Positions 20,710-29,884 of a stretch of 64,000 bases of DNA are shown piece after piece (the stretch's first letter is position 1; each line of letters begins with the position of its first letter). Under the pieces are notes generated by a model. The model had not been told where the DNA came from. It searched no databases and saw only the letters and a list, made by a program, of their open reading frames with translations. Source of the DNA: an uncultured Candidatus Saccharibacteria bacterium (GTDB lineage Bacteria > Patescibacteriota > WWE3 > UBA101185 > UBA10185); contig CAZXUJ010000001.1 of NCBI GenBank assembly GCA_964643995.1, positions 273,492-337,491 of the forward strand, read 5' to 3'. The position numbers and the translations under genes are program-made.

Positions 20710-23241
20710 GCCACACTTTTTATATTTCAAGCTGCTACCACATGGACAAGGATCATTTCGTCCAACCATATCAGAGCCCGCTGTAACTTTTTCTATTTTG
20801 ATTTTTCTTCCGAGGTTATCTTTCAACCCGATTTTCTTTTCCTCCGATACGCCAGTTTCAATCTCGCCGTGCTGAAAGTCGAGTTTTTCAGGCTGTGGTC
20901 GAACAGGGCCTGAGGGTACAGCATTTACATTTTCAATTCTAGTAATTCTCTCAACAATCATTCCATACAATTGACCTATCAAAACATCGAAGCGCTCATG
21001 GCCCTCTCTTTTATACTCAACAACAGGGTCTTTTTGGGCATATCCACGCAGACCAATTCCGTCGCGCAAATGTGACATATCAACCAGATGCTCCATCCAA
21101 AGTACATCAATAACCGGAAGCGCCATTTGCCCAACTATGAATGTCCAATGCTTATCACCAAGATCCTTCTCAAACTTTTCCCAAACTTTGGTTAATTCGT
21201 CTTCCTTCGAGTTTGCAACAAGTTTGTTGTAAAACCATTCTTTGTGAGAATCGTTTCCTGCGGACATATCTAAAACACGTCGGCGCAACTTGTAAATTAC
21301 CTCTCGATGAACATTCATAACATCATCCATCTCTACTATCTGTTTTCGGCGATCAAAATTTAGCCCTTCGACTTTCTTCTGAGCATTCTCTATTGCCTTG
21401 CTAACTAAACTTGCTTCAAGAGGAGTCGAATCATCAAGGCCCATACGATTCATGATACTTTCAACCTGTGCACCACCAAAAACTCTCATAAGATCATCCT
21501 GAAGAGATATATAAAATCTCGAGGAACCAGGATCACCTTGACGACCGGAACGCCCTCTTAACTGGTTGTCTATGCGTCGAGACTCATGCCTTTCAGTACC
21601 AATGACATGTAAGCCTCCTACTGACTTAACCTCCGCTTGCTCAGTAGTGTCAGGAGGGTCACCTCCTAAGATAATGTCTACACCACGCCCAGCCATATTA
21701 GTAGAAATTGTGACCGCACCTTTTCGTCCCGCCTGGGCAATTATCAAAGCCTCCTCTTCATGATTTTTAGCATTTAAGATACGATGTGGAACTTTTCGAC
21801 GCTCCAACAATGAATGTAAAATTTCACTTTTTTCAACGGAGGTTGTGCCAACTAACACCGGCTGTCCGACTTTGTTTCGTTCAACAATTTCATCAGCCAC
21901 AGCCTTGAACTTACCACCTTCTGTTTTATAAACCACATCATTAAAATCTTTTCTAACCACTGGATTATTCGTTGGCAAAACTACAACATCTAGTTTGTAT
22001 ATTTTATATAGTTCCTCAGCTTCTGTGACGGCAGTACCTGTCATACCAGAAAGTTTATTGTACATTCTAAAATAATTTTGATACGAGATTTCTGCACGTG
22101 TTCTATTCTCCTGCTGGATATCTACATTTTCTTTAGCTTCGATTGCCTGATGTAACCCCTGTGAAAATCTATTACTTGGCAATAATCGACCCGTAAATTG
22201 ATCCACAATAACAACTTTTCCATCCTTCACCACATAATCACGATCTTTCTCATATAAAGCGTATGCTGTAAGTGATTGTTCAATAAGATGGACAATCTCA
22301 AAGTCTTCTTCATATATATTTCTAGCACCTAACATTTTCTCCACACGGCGTACACCTAGATCAGTCAGTGTTACATTTCGAAACTTTTCTTCAACCTCAA
22401 AGTCAGTGCCTTTTACGAGCTGTTTTACAATGCGGTTAGCATCATGATAGCGTGCAGTAGCCTGCGCACCACTCGTAGAAATAATCAAAGGTGTGCGAGC
22501 AACATCAATCAAAATCGAATCAGCTTCATCGACGATTGCAAAATTGTGAACTCCCCACTCACCAATGGGATTGGTCTGAACCATTTCCTCAAGTGAAAAG
22601 GCCATATTGTCTCGAAGATAATCAAAACCAAACTGATGATTAGTACCATAAACAACATCGCATTTATATGCTTGCTGTCTGGTAACTTCACGTAGATTTT
22701 TAGAATACTGATCTTTAAACTCAGAACTTTCAAAGCTACTATCGTATATGAATGCTCTATCCTCCATCACAACTCCAACACTCACACCCAAGTAATTGTA
22801 TACACTACCCAATAAACCTGCACCATGTCTAGATAAATAATCATTTGGAGTAACTAGATGCGCACCACGACCAGTTAAAGAGTTAAGATACAACGGCAAG
22901 GTTGCTGTAAGTGTTTTTCCTTCACCAGTCTTTTGTTCGGCAATTTTACCTTGATGAAGAACTATTCCCGCCATTAGTTGAACATCATAATGGCGTTGTC
23001 TGAGGGTTCGTTTGGCGCTTTCGCGAACTAGGGCAAAGGCTTCTGGAAGTATGTCATTGAGATAATCTCCCTGACTTGTGGGTTGTTCCTTTTGCAACAA
23101 GGCTCGCCATTCATTAGTTTGATCCTTGATAGCCTCTTGCGACCAACCGCTAAATTTCGACTCTAATGAATTCACTTTATCAACAAGCGAAGTAAGTTTT
23201 TTAAGTTGTTTTTCGTTGGAATCAAATAGTTTACCAAACAT
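20677..23241 (-). CDS. secA: Preprotein translocase ATPase SecA
   Basis: TGEGKT, DEADSILID, QLRGRSGRQGDPG, C-terminal CPCGS; ATG 23241 preferred over GTG 23247. Confidence 0.98.
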   Translation of the reverse strand: MFGKLFDSNEKQLKKLTSLVDKVNSLESKFSGWSQEAIKDQTNEWRALLQKEQPTSQGDYLNDILPEAFALVRESAKRTLRQRHYDVQLMAGIVLHQGKIAEQKTGEGKTLTATLPLYLNSLTGRGAHLVTPNDYLSRHGAGLLGSVYNYLGVSVGVVMEDRAFIYDSSFESSEFKDQYSKNLREVTRQQAYKCDVVYGTNHQFGFDYLRDNMAFSLEEMVQTNPIGEWGVHNFAIVDEADSILIDVARTPLIISTSGAQATARYHDANRIVKQLVKGTDFEVEEKFRNVTLTDLGVRRVEKMLGARNIYEEDFEIVHLIEQSLTAYALYEKDRDYVVKDGKVVIVDQFTGRLLPSNRFSQGLHQAIEAKENVDIQQENRTRAEISYQNYFRMYNKLSGMTGTAVTEAEELYKIYKLDVVVLPTNNPVVRKDFNDVVYKTEGGKFKAVADEIVERNKVGQPVLVGTTSVEKSEILHSLLERRKVPHRILNAKNHEEEALIIAQAGRKGAVTISTNMAGRGVDIILGGDPPDTTEQAEVKSVGGLHVIGTERHESRRIDNQLRGRSGRQGDPGSSRFYISLQDDLMRVFGGAQVESIMNRMGLDDSTPLEASLVSKAIENAQKKVEGLNFDRRKQIVEMDDVMNVHREVIYKLRRRVLDMSAGNDSHKEWFYNKLVANSKEDELTKVWEKFEKDLGDKHWTFIVGQMALPVIDVLWMEHLVDMSHLRDGIGLRGYAQKDPVVEYKREGHERFDVLIGQLYGMIVERITRIENVNAVPSGPVRPQPEKLDFQHGEIETGVSEEKKIGLKDNLGRKIKIEKVTAGSDMVGRNDPCPCGSSLKYKKCGLINSPAHRKG

Positions 23242-23264
23242 TGCCACCTGATTGTATCACCTAT

Positions 23265-24089
23265 TTATACTAAGTTCAGAGAAAAAAGAGTCAAAAACAC
23301 TACTAGTAATAATCTATACACTATAAAGGCATACAAGGATCTTGTCTTGAGAAACTTCAGCAGAACATCTAGCGCCATATAACCAACTATGAAGCTGGCC
23401 GTAAAACCTAAAATAAGTGGTACCAAACCTACCTCAGCTAACTCAGCATTGGAAGCACTAATTACTTTAAATGAAGCAGCACCTAATACTATTGGGATAG
23501 ACAACAAGAATGAGAAACGAGCCGCATACTCTCGATGTAAACCCAAAAGCATGCCACCAGATATAGTGGAACCTGACCGTGAAAATCCAGGAAACAAAGC
23601 CAAAGTCTGGAAAAGACCAATTAGGAGTGATTTTTTTCCCGTAAGATCCGAATGAAACTCACGTTTCGAATACTTAAATTCTGCATATAACATTAGCATA
23701 CTTCCGAGAAACAACAGTATAGCTGTTGTACCAACACCTCTAAAAGCAGACTCTATGAAATCTTCCAAGAAATAACCTATTAAAGCAGCTGGTACCGAAC
23801 CCAAAATGATAAACAAGCCTAATTTACTCTCATAAGAATATTTATCAGCTTTCTTTTTTTCATTGTTTATTTCGGATATCAAAGATTGTGCAATTTTTTT
23901 AATGTCATTTCTAAAGTAGGTAATTAGTGCAACAGCTGTTCCCAAATGCAGAATCAAATCAAAAACGAGAGGTTGGTTGTTCCAACCAAAGACAAATGGC
24001 AATATGACGAGGTGCCCAGAAGAGGAAATGGGCAAAAACTCAGTCAACCCTTGAACTATACCTAAAACTAAAGCTTGATACCAAATCAT
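23265..24089 (-). CDS. uppP: Undecaprenyl-diphosphatase
   Basis: QGLTEFLPISSSGH and PGFSRSGST motifs. Confidence 0.97.
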   Translation of the reverse strand: MIWYQALVLGIVQGLTEFLPISSSGHLVILPFVFGWNNQPLVFDLILHLGTAVALITYFRNDIKKIAQSLISEINNEKKKADKYSYESKLGLFIILGSVPAALIGYFLEDFIESAFRGVGTTAILLFLGSMLMLYAEFKYSKREFHSDLTGKKSLLIGLFQTLALFPGFSRSGSTISGGMLLGLHREYAARFSFLLSIPIVLGAASFKVISASNAELAEVGLVPLILGFTASFIVGYMALDVLLKFLKTRSLYAFIVYRLLLVVFLTLFSLNLV

Positions 24090-24778
24090 TATGTTCTCCC
24101 GTAGATTAACATGTTATCAGAATTAGTCTTCCCAGGCACGATAATGGTTTTAATATCCTTCAGGTAAAATTCCAAACTATCTATAAAATTGTGTACGTCT
24201 TCCTGATGATCCTCTAAATATACTCTGTTTACAATAACCAAACCCCCCTGAACCACCATTTTGGCAATATGTGCCAAAAAATTTCCGGACTTGCCTAAGT
24301 CTGGGTATTCATCACCAATAAATATATCTACCACAACTACTTGAAATGAATTATGTTTGAGATTAAACTTATCTGGCTCGATTATTACCCTGCAAGCGTC
24401 ATCCGCAATTATGAAATGATTAGGGATACTAGAAACACTAAAAAACTTTTTGGCAATTTCAACAATGACATCGTCGATATCGACACTCACAATAACTACA
24501 CCCGAAAACTCCTTAGCTAGCATGTGTTGCATAGTTCCACCACCCATACCCAAAACTAAGATGGTTTGTAAATCAGGCTCTTCCTCTTTCAACAGCTTAA
24601 CAGTTCGTCCCCAAACCATTTTTTCCGCGAGTGGGGAATCAGCGTTTATTGACTGTGTGTGGTGATTAACAACAAGTTTTCTAGTGCCAGCATGATCAAC
24701 AACCTCGATGCTGTCGTTGTACTTAGACTTAGCCTTATAAACAACATTTGGTAGTGTTATACCATCAAAGACGGACAT
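24089..24778 (-). CDS. Spermidine synthase-like SAM-dependent transferase
   Basis: VLGMGGG, VDID, VVVDIF Rossmann motifs. Confidence 0.75.
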   Translation of the reverse strand: MSVFDGITLPNVVYKAKSKYNDSIEVVDHAGTRKLVVNHHTQSINADSPLAEKMVWGRTVKLLKEEEPDLQTILVLGMGGGTMQHMLAKEFSGVVIVSVDIDDVIVEIAKKFFSVSSIPNHFIIADDACRVIIEPDKFNLKHNSFQVVVVDIFIGDEYPDLGKSGNFLAHIAKMVVQGGLVIVNRVYLEDHQEDVHNFIDSLEFYLKDIKTIIVPGKTNSDNMLIYGRT

Positions 24779-24791
24779 AATTTGTTTGGTT

Positions 24792-26072
24792 CTACCACTT
24801 TTTCTTTCGTATTACTGTCACACCATTCATGTACTTATGTAACACTTCTGGCACTACAATCGAGCCATCCTCCTGCTGATAGTTCTCCAATACAGCAGCT
24901 AAAAGCCTTGGCGTTGCGGCGACGGTGTTGTTAATGGTACTTACAAACTTCAACTCTCCATCGGCTGTTTTATAACGCATGTTAAGTCTACGTGCCTGAA
25001 AGTCTAAAAAGTAAGAATCAGAATGAGTTTCTCTAAACTTTCCTTGTGAGGGAAACCATGTCTCAACATCATATTTTTTACGTTGCCCTGCACCCATATC
25101 TCCAGTGCACATCAATAAGACCTGATATGTGAGACCAAGATGTGTAAGTACACTTTCTGCATAGCCCAACATTTTGTCATGCCACTCTCGTGAAATATCT
25201 TCTCCCTCTGGTAAAAGTACCACCTGCTCAACCTTGGTAAACTGATGGACTCGAAAGATACCTTTAGTATCTTTTCCATGACTTCCTATCTCACGCCTGT
25301 AACAGGGGCTTATACCTACTAACTTTTTAGGTAACTCCTTCTCATCTAAAACTTCATCAGCATAGTACGAAGTAAGAGACACCTCAGCAGTTCCAATAAG
25401 ATTAAGGCCATCCTGGGTTTTATAGTGGTCCTCTTCACCCCATGGAAAATAACCTGTCCCTGTAAAATATTCTGGGCGCACCATCCAAGGAACTGTAAGA
25501 AGATCAAAGCCTTGAGACATCATATAATCTTGTGCGAAACGCAAAATAGCTTGTTCCAGTAGCGCACCTTCATTTTTGAGAAAGTAATTTCTAAACCCAC
25601 CAATTTTCACACCTCTCTCGGTATCGACAATATCCAAATCCAAAGCTAAGTCCAAATGATCTTTAGGAGTGAAAGTATACTCTGGTATGACTCCAACCAC
25701 CTTAACAACCTTGTTACCGCTTTCATCAACCCCGATCGGCACATCAACGGCGGGAACATTAGGAACCCAAAGTAATAACTGATCAACAGTGGCACGTAAC
25801 TCGCTTAGTTCGACCTCCATTACCTTCAGCTCTTCTTTAACTTCGGTAGCCTGCCTGATTAGATTTGCACGTTCAGTTGGCGTAACTTTAGAAATATTGT
25901 CAGACAATTGGTTTCTTAAAGCACGATGTTCCTCAACACGTGTCAACAACTCACGATAGGTTTTGTCTACTTCAAGCAGTTTGTCAATATCAACCGTTCC
26001 AGATAACTGTTTGTCAACAATCGCTTTTTTAACTATTTCAGGATTTTCCCTGATGAATTTAATGTCCAACAT
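24792..26072 (-). CDS. serS: Seryl-tRNA synthetase
   Basis: MLDIKFIREN, GTAE, YRRE, RVHQFTKVE motifs. Confidence 0.98.
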   Translation of the reverse strand: MLDIKFIRENPEIVKKAIVDKQLSGTVDIDKLLEVDKTYRELLTRVEEHRALRNQLSDNISKVTPTERANLIRQATEVKEELKVMEVELSELRATVDQLLLWVPNVPAVDVPIGVDESGNKVVKVVGVIPEYTFTPKDHLDLALDLDIVDTERGVKIGGFRNYFLKNEGALLEQAILRFAQDYMMSQGFDLLTVPWMVRPEYFTGTGYFPWGEEDHYKTQDGLNLIGTAEVSLTSYYADEVLDEKELPKKLVGISPCYRREIGSHGKDTKGIFRVHQFTKVEQVVLLPEGEDISREWHDKMLGYAESVLTHLGLTYQVLLMCTGDMGAGQRKKYDVETWFPSQGKFRETHSDSYFLDFQARRLNMRYKTADGELKFVSTINNTVAATPRLLAAVLENYQQEDGSIVVPEVLHKYMNGVTVIRKKKW

Positions 26073-26075
26073 TTT

Positions 26076-26296
26076 CTTAATCCTTTTGAATTTTATAACT
26101 GCGGGTAAAAATTGGGATTTGCTAATGTTGAGCCCAAGGTTTAGCCCTAGAGGCTCAATACTTAAGATTATAAATCAGTATAGTATTGAAGGTGCCAGCC
26201 TTCTGTTTACTTAATTTGCAGCTATGACGGGCATTCCCGACTTGGCATTTCCTCCAAGTAGCTAAGTGAGTGGAAAGCTCACCTCGAAGCTTTTTC
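26076..26296 (-). ncRNA. T-box riboswitch-like leader of serS (ultrashort Stem I, UCC specifier)
   Basis: Stem GTGAG/CTCAC with loop CTTTCCA; Stem II ACTTGG/CCAAGT; Stem IIA CGGG/CCCG with CCGTCA; antiterminator AGGC-TGGCACC-T-TCAATACT...AGTATTGA-GCCT; competing hairpin TTGAGCCT/GGGCTCAA. Confidence 0.8.
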
Positions 26297-26306
26297 AATT
26301 AGATTC

Positions 26307-26335
26307 ATTAAATGAGATTTAATGCAGTTTGTCAA
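26307..26335 (-). promoter_or_regulatory. Promoter of the serS leader
   Basis: TTGACA-17 nt-TTTAAT directly upstream of Stem I. Confidence 0.7.
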
Positions 26336-26510
26336 GCTGATTGATTGAAAATCCAAGCTAAAAAATGACTTCTTGATATTCTGATGCATCTAAAAGCTCT
26401 GGACAGGTTGCGCCAGCAGACATATCTACAGCGCGAGGTGATATATCCCTTTCACGGGTCAGTTGCTCATCCGTGTAAAAATACACGGCATATCGTGCGA
26501 TAATAACAAC

Positions 26511-27533
26511 ATGATGGGTAACTCAAATGCAAAAATATTTAAAGAAACTATCCAAATACTAAAAAATTCAAATAACGTGTTTATCCCGATCCACCTCAGT
26601 CCTGATGGAGACAGCGTAGGGTCAGCAATAACCCTGTACCTTCTTGGAAAAGGTTTTGGGAAAAAATGGAATGTATTTTCCACAGATAACATCCCAGACT
26701 ACATAAAGGAAATACTCGATACGTCCATGATCATAGAACGGGCAGATTACGCAAACGTAGATTTTAGTCATTTCGATCTTGCGCTAATTCCGGATATAAG
26801 CGAGGAACGGTTACTTTCCAGAGTAGAAAGTTTTAAACTTCCTGAAAACCTTAAAAAGATAGTAATTGACCATCACGGTGGAAACACAAATTGGGGAGAT
26901 ATGAATCTAGTACATCAAAACATCTCTTCCACCTGCGCAATGCTTTATGAACTACTAAGGGACGAGAAACTACTTACAAATGATATGTTCCCTTACATCA
27001 CATATGGGATTCTCACAGATACAGGAATATTTAAGAACGCGGATACTTCAGCTCGAGACTTTACATACCTTGGTGAAATATTTGATGGGGGATTCAATGT
27101 GTCAGCACAAATTGGTGAGATGAAAAAGGAAAATGTTGAACAAAAGATTTTCAAAAAAATAATATACAAAAATTTAGAAGTGAATAAAGAAAAAAAATAC
27201 GTCTTCTCGTATTGCACAATGGAGGACCTGAAAACCTATAAACTAGAAGAAAGTAATAAAAAGTTCGGAAATGGGATTTCGGAGCTTATAAACATAAAAG
27301 ACTATGATTTTGCTTTCTTTATCTCTGAAAAAGAGGAAAAACACAATAAAAAATATACAGTTTCATTTAGATCAATTAACTACAATTTCGATGTCTCAGA
27401 AATCGCTAACAAGCTTGATAAAGGTGGAGGACACAAAACTGCCTCGGGTGGATTGATAACTGACTGCGAAAACATAGAAGAAGCAATTGCAAAAATTGTT
27501 TGGATTATTTCTTCAACTCAGACATCCCGTTAA
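26511..27533 (+). CDS. nrnA: DHH/DHHA1 phosphoesterase (NrnA-like oligoribonuclease / pAp phosphatase)
   Basis: HLSPDGDSVGS, IDHH, TDTG, GGGH motifs; start moved to ATG 26511. Confidence 0.85.
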   Translation: MMGNSNAKIFKETIQILKNSNNVFIPIHLSPDGDSVGSAITLYLLGKGFGKKWNVFSTDNIPDYIKEILDTSMIIERADYANVDFSHFDLALIPDISEERLLSRVESFKLPENLKKIVIDHHGGNTNWGDMNLVHQNISSTCAMLYELLRDEKLLTNDMFPYITYGILTDTGIFKNADTSARDFTYLGEIFDGGFNVSAQIGEMKKENVEQKIFKKIIYKNLEVNKEKKYVFSYCTMEDLKTYKLEESNKKFGNGISELINIKDYDFAFFISEKEEKHNKKYTVSFRSINYNFDVSEIANKLDKGGGHKTASGGLITDCENIEEAIAKIVWIISSTQTSR

Positions 27534-29619
27534 ACACATTAATCAACAACTGAACGTGTTCGGTAAAATCTTTCTCAAACTTACCTAAACCATATTCAAT
27601 ATCTTCACGACTAATTTTTGCAGCAAATGACTTATCCTTAAATTTCTTTTTAATAGAACTGGCTTGCATCCCCTCAAAGCCTTCGGGACGCATTAGGGAG
27701 TAGGCATACAAAAATCCGGACATTTCATCAACAGCACAAAGTGCAGAAGCTAGTCTGGTTGCTGGCGCAGTCCCAAGTCTGTCATGAGCATGTGCCGCAA
27801 CAGCGTGAATAAGTTGTTCTGGATAACCCCAGTCCTTAAACCATACTAGAGATTTGCTAGGGTGCTCGTCAGGATGTAAATGGTAATCCAGATCATGTAA
27901 TAAACCTGTCACATACCAAAGATCTGCATCTTCACCTAGTTCTTTTGCATAAGCTTCCATAGCTGCGGCAACCATTTTTGCATGGAGTTTTTGATACTCG
28001 TCCCCAACATACTTTTCTAACAAATCATGTGCTTGTTCCCGGGTGGGCAACCCATCAACGCTGGCAGAGATACTTTCGCCAGACGATTTAGCAGTTGCAC
28101 CAGTCAAAGAGATATCCTCGAGACCATAAATTTCCTTGGTAGTATCATCAATGTGATGCTTCAACTGCGGAAATGGTACACCCTCACGAGCGGTGACATC
28201 CTCTAAAAACCAAAAAACTCTTTCACTGTGGCCATAACCAAATGTTGGTGGCATCCCGTATTCGAGCATTTCTACGTAATCTATGTCCAACCACTGCGCC
28301 TCATCATCACCGGCCTCACGCAAGTTCTGTTGCTCCTGAAAACGCTCCAGCTGGTCGATAGGATCGTTTAACTCAGACCAACCATTACCAAGTTCGGAAC
28401 CAGCGATTATCGGTTGAAATCGTTCAGTAATATTGGGATTTTCCGCTTTTGATTTCGCAAGCGGAGAAATATATTTAGGATGATTTATTAAAAACGCTGG
28501 ACCAGCAATTTCTTTTCTCAAAATTTTCCAAAGATTATCTACACCTCTGTGCACGTTTGCTACCGATTCTTCATCAAGACCAGCTTTTCTTCCAGCCTTT
28601 TGAACTTCTTCCAAAGTAGCAGCATAAATATCAATCCCAAATCTCTTGAGCATGATATCTTTAAAATCTATTACTTCCCACTTGTCTTTGAATTCAATGT
28701 CAAAACCTCTGATATGAAATTTTTTCTTACCCTCATACACATAATCTAAAACACAATTAAACAAATCTTGAATAAAGGTCATTCCCTCTTCCCAGCTGGC
28801 ATACGCCCAATAAAACTCCATAGCCATATGCTCAGGCAAATGCTCATCAGAAAGCCCTTCATTTCTAAAACGTGGGCCAATCTCGTAAACTTTCTCGTAA
28901 CCACCACCTATCAGCCTTTTCAGATAAAGCTCATGAGAAATCCTCAAGAAAAAGTCCTGATCAATAGAATCCATATGAGTAACAAAGGGATTTGCATCGG
29001 CACCACCAGGAATTTGTTCTAACACAGGGATATTGATCTCATAAAAACCCCGCTGCTTAAAAAATTGTCTGTGTGCTTCCCAAAATTTTGCGCGTCTAAT
29101 AAATCGCTGGTAAACGTCGTCATTTACATTGGTATCAAGGTATCGGCGTCTCATCCTAATCTCACGGTCTTGCAAACCATCATGTTTGTCAGGAAGAGGA
29201 CGTAAAGCTTTGGTTAACAGGCGTATATAATCAGCTTCTACCGAGATTTCTCCAGCTTTAGTTTTAACAACCTTTCCAGAGACTTCTACAAAATCCCCCA
29301 TATCAAAAAGATATAACTCGTCATAACTAAGTCTTCCTTGGGAATAATCAGAAGAGCTAAGATTCTCTGCCTTCAAATAAAGCTGAACAACACCACTAGC
29401 ATCCTTCAAATCAAAAAAGCTTATTTTACCGTGGCTTCGCATAGAACTTATACGACCAGCTACGCTAACAACTGTAGTCTCCAGTTTTTCGAAGTCCTTT
29501 ATAACCTCAGCATTATTCAAAGTTTTTGCGGTTCTTGCGGGATATGGATTAACACCAAGTTCTTGAAGTTTTTTTAATTTTTCCAATCTTACATTCCTTA
29601 GTTCTTGTAGTGTAGCCAT
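27505..29619 (-). CDS. lysS: Class II lysyl-tRNA synthetase fused to a C-terminal HD-domain hydrolase
   Basis: OB fold, FRNEG, ELNDP, YGMPP motifs; then ~180 aa with HAKMVA...GLLHDLDY...HP...AHAH...VDE. Confidence 0.95.
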   Translation of the reverse strand: MATLQELRNVRLEKLKKLQELGVNPYPARTAKTLNNAEVIKDFEKLETTVVSVAGRISSMRSHGKISFFDLKDASGVVQLYLKAENLSSSDYSQGRLSYDELYLFDMGDFVEVSGKVVKTKAGEISVEADYIRLLTKALRPLPDKHDGLQDREIRMRRRYLDTNVNDDVYQRFIRRAKFWEAHRQFFKQRGFYEINIPVLEQIPGGADANPFVTHMDSIDQDFFLRISHELYLKRLIGGGYEKVYEIGPRFRNEGLSDEHLPEHMAMEFYWAYASWEEGMTFIQDLFNCVLDYVYEGKKKFHIRGFDIEFKDKWEVIDFKDIMLKRFGIDIYAATLEEVQKAGRKAGLDEESVANVHRGVDNLWKILRKEIAGPAFLINHPKYISPLAKSKAENPNITERFQPIIAGSELGNGWSELNDPIDQLERFQEQQNLREAGDDEAQWLDIDYVEMLEYGMPPTFGYGHSERVFWFLEDVTAREGVPFPQLKHHIDDTTKEIYGLEDISLTGATAKSSGESISASVDGLPTREQAHDLLEKYVGDEYQKLHAKMVAAAMEAYAKELGEDADLWYVTGLLHDLDYHLHPDEHPSKSLVWFKDWGYPEQLIHAVAAHAHDRLGTAPATRLASALCAVDEMSGFLYAYSLMRPEGFEGMQASSIKKKFKDKSFAAKISREDIEYGLGKFEKDFTEHVQLLINVFNGMSELKK

Positions 29620-29692
29620 AGCAGGTATATTAACATCTTTTTACCTTGAATTTAAGAAGAAGGAGAGGGGGATCTAGGTTTTTTTTTGTTTT

Positions 29693-29797
29693 TTACCAAT
29701 CTCTCTCGATTTCCTGATTTTCAAGTTTCAGATTGTCTTCTACCCACCATACGACCGATCCGACTACAAATGCAATCACTACTAATATAACTAACAT
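29693..29797 (-). CDS. 34-aa single-TM small protein (not in ORF track)
   Basis: GAGGAG 7 nt before ATG; MLVILVVIAFVVGSVVWWVEDNLKLENQEIERDW; TACAAT box at 29829-29834. Confidence 0.65.
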   Translation of the reverse strand: MLVILVVIAFVVGSVVWWVEDNLKLENQEIERDW

Positions 29798-29884
29798 GGT
29801 TTCTCTCCTCACCTAGATCCCTGTATACATTGTACACTCAGTATGCCTTCTGATAATAACTAAAACAATGTAAAATAGGGTTAT

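Noticed and set aside
26350-26470. Short open frame on the minus strand upstream of the serS promoter
   Set aside because: About 40 codons with no convincing start or motif; at most a gene remnant.
29620-29884. T-box upstream of lysS
   Set aside because: No UGGNACC bulge; lysS has a -10 box 7 nt before its ATG, and the space holds a small ORF.
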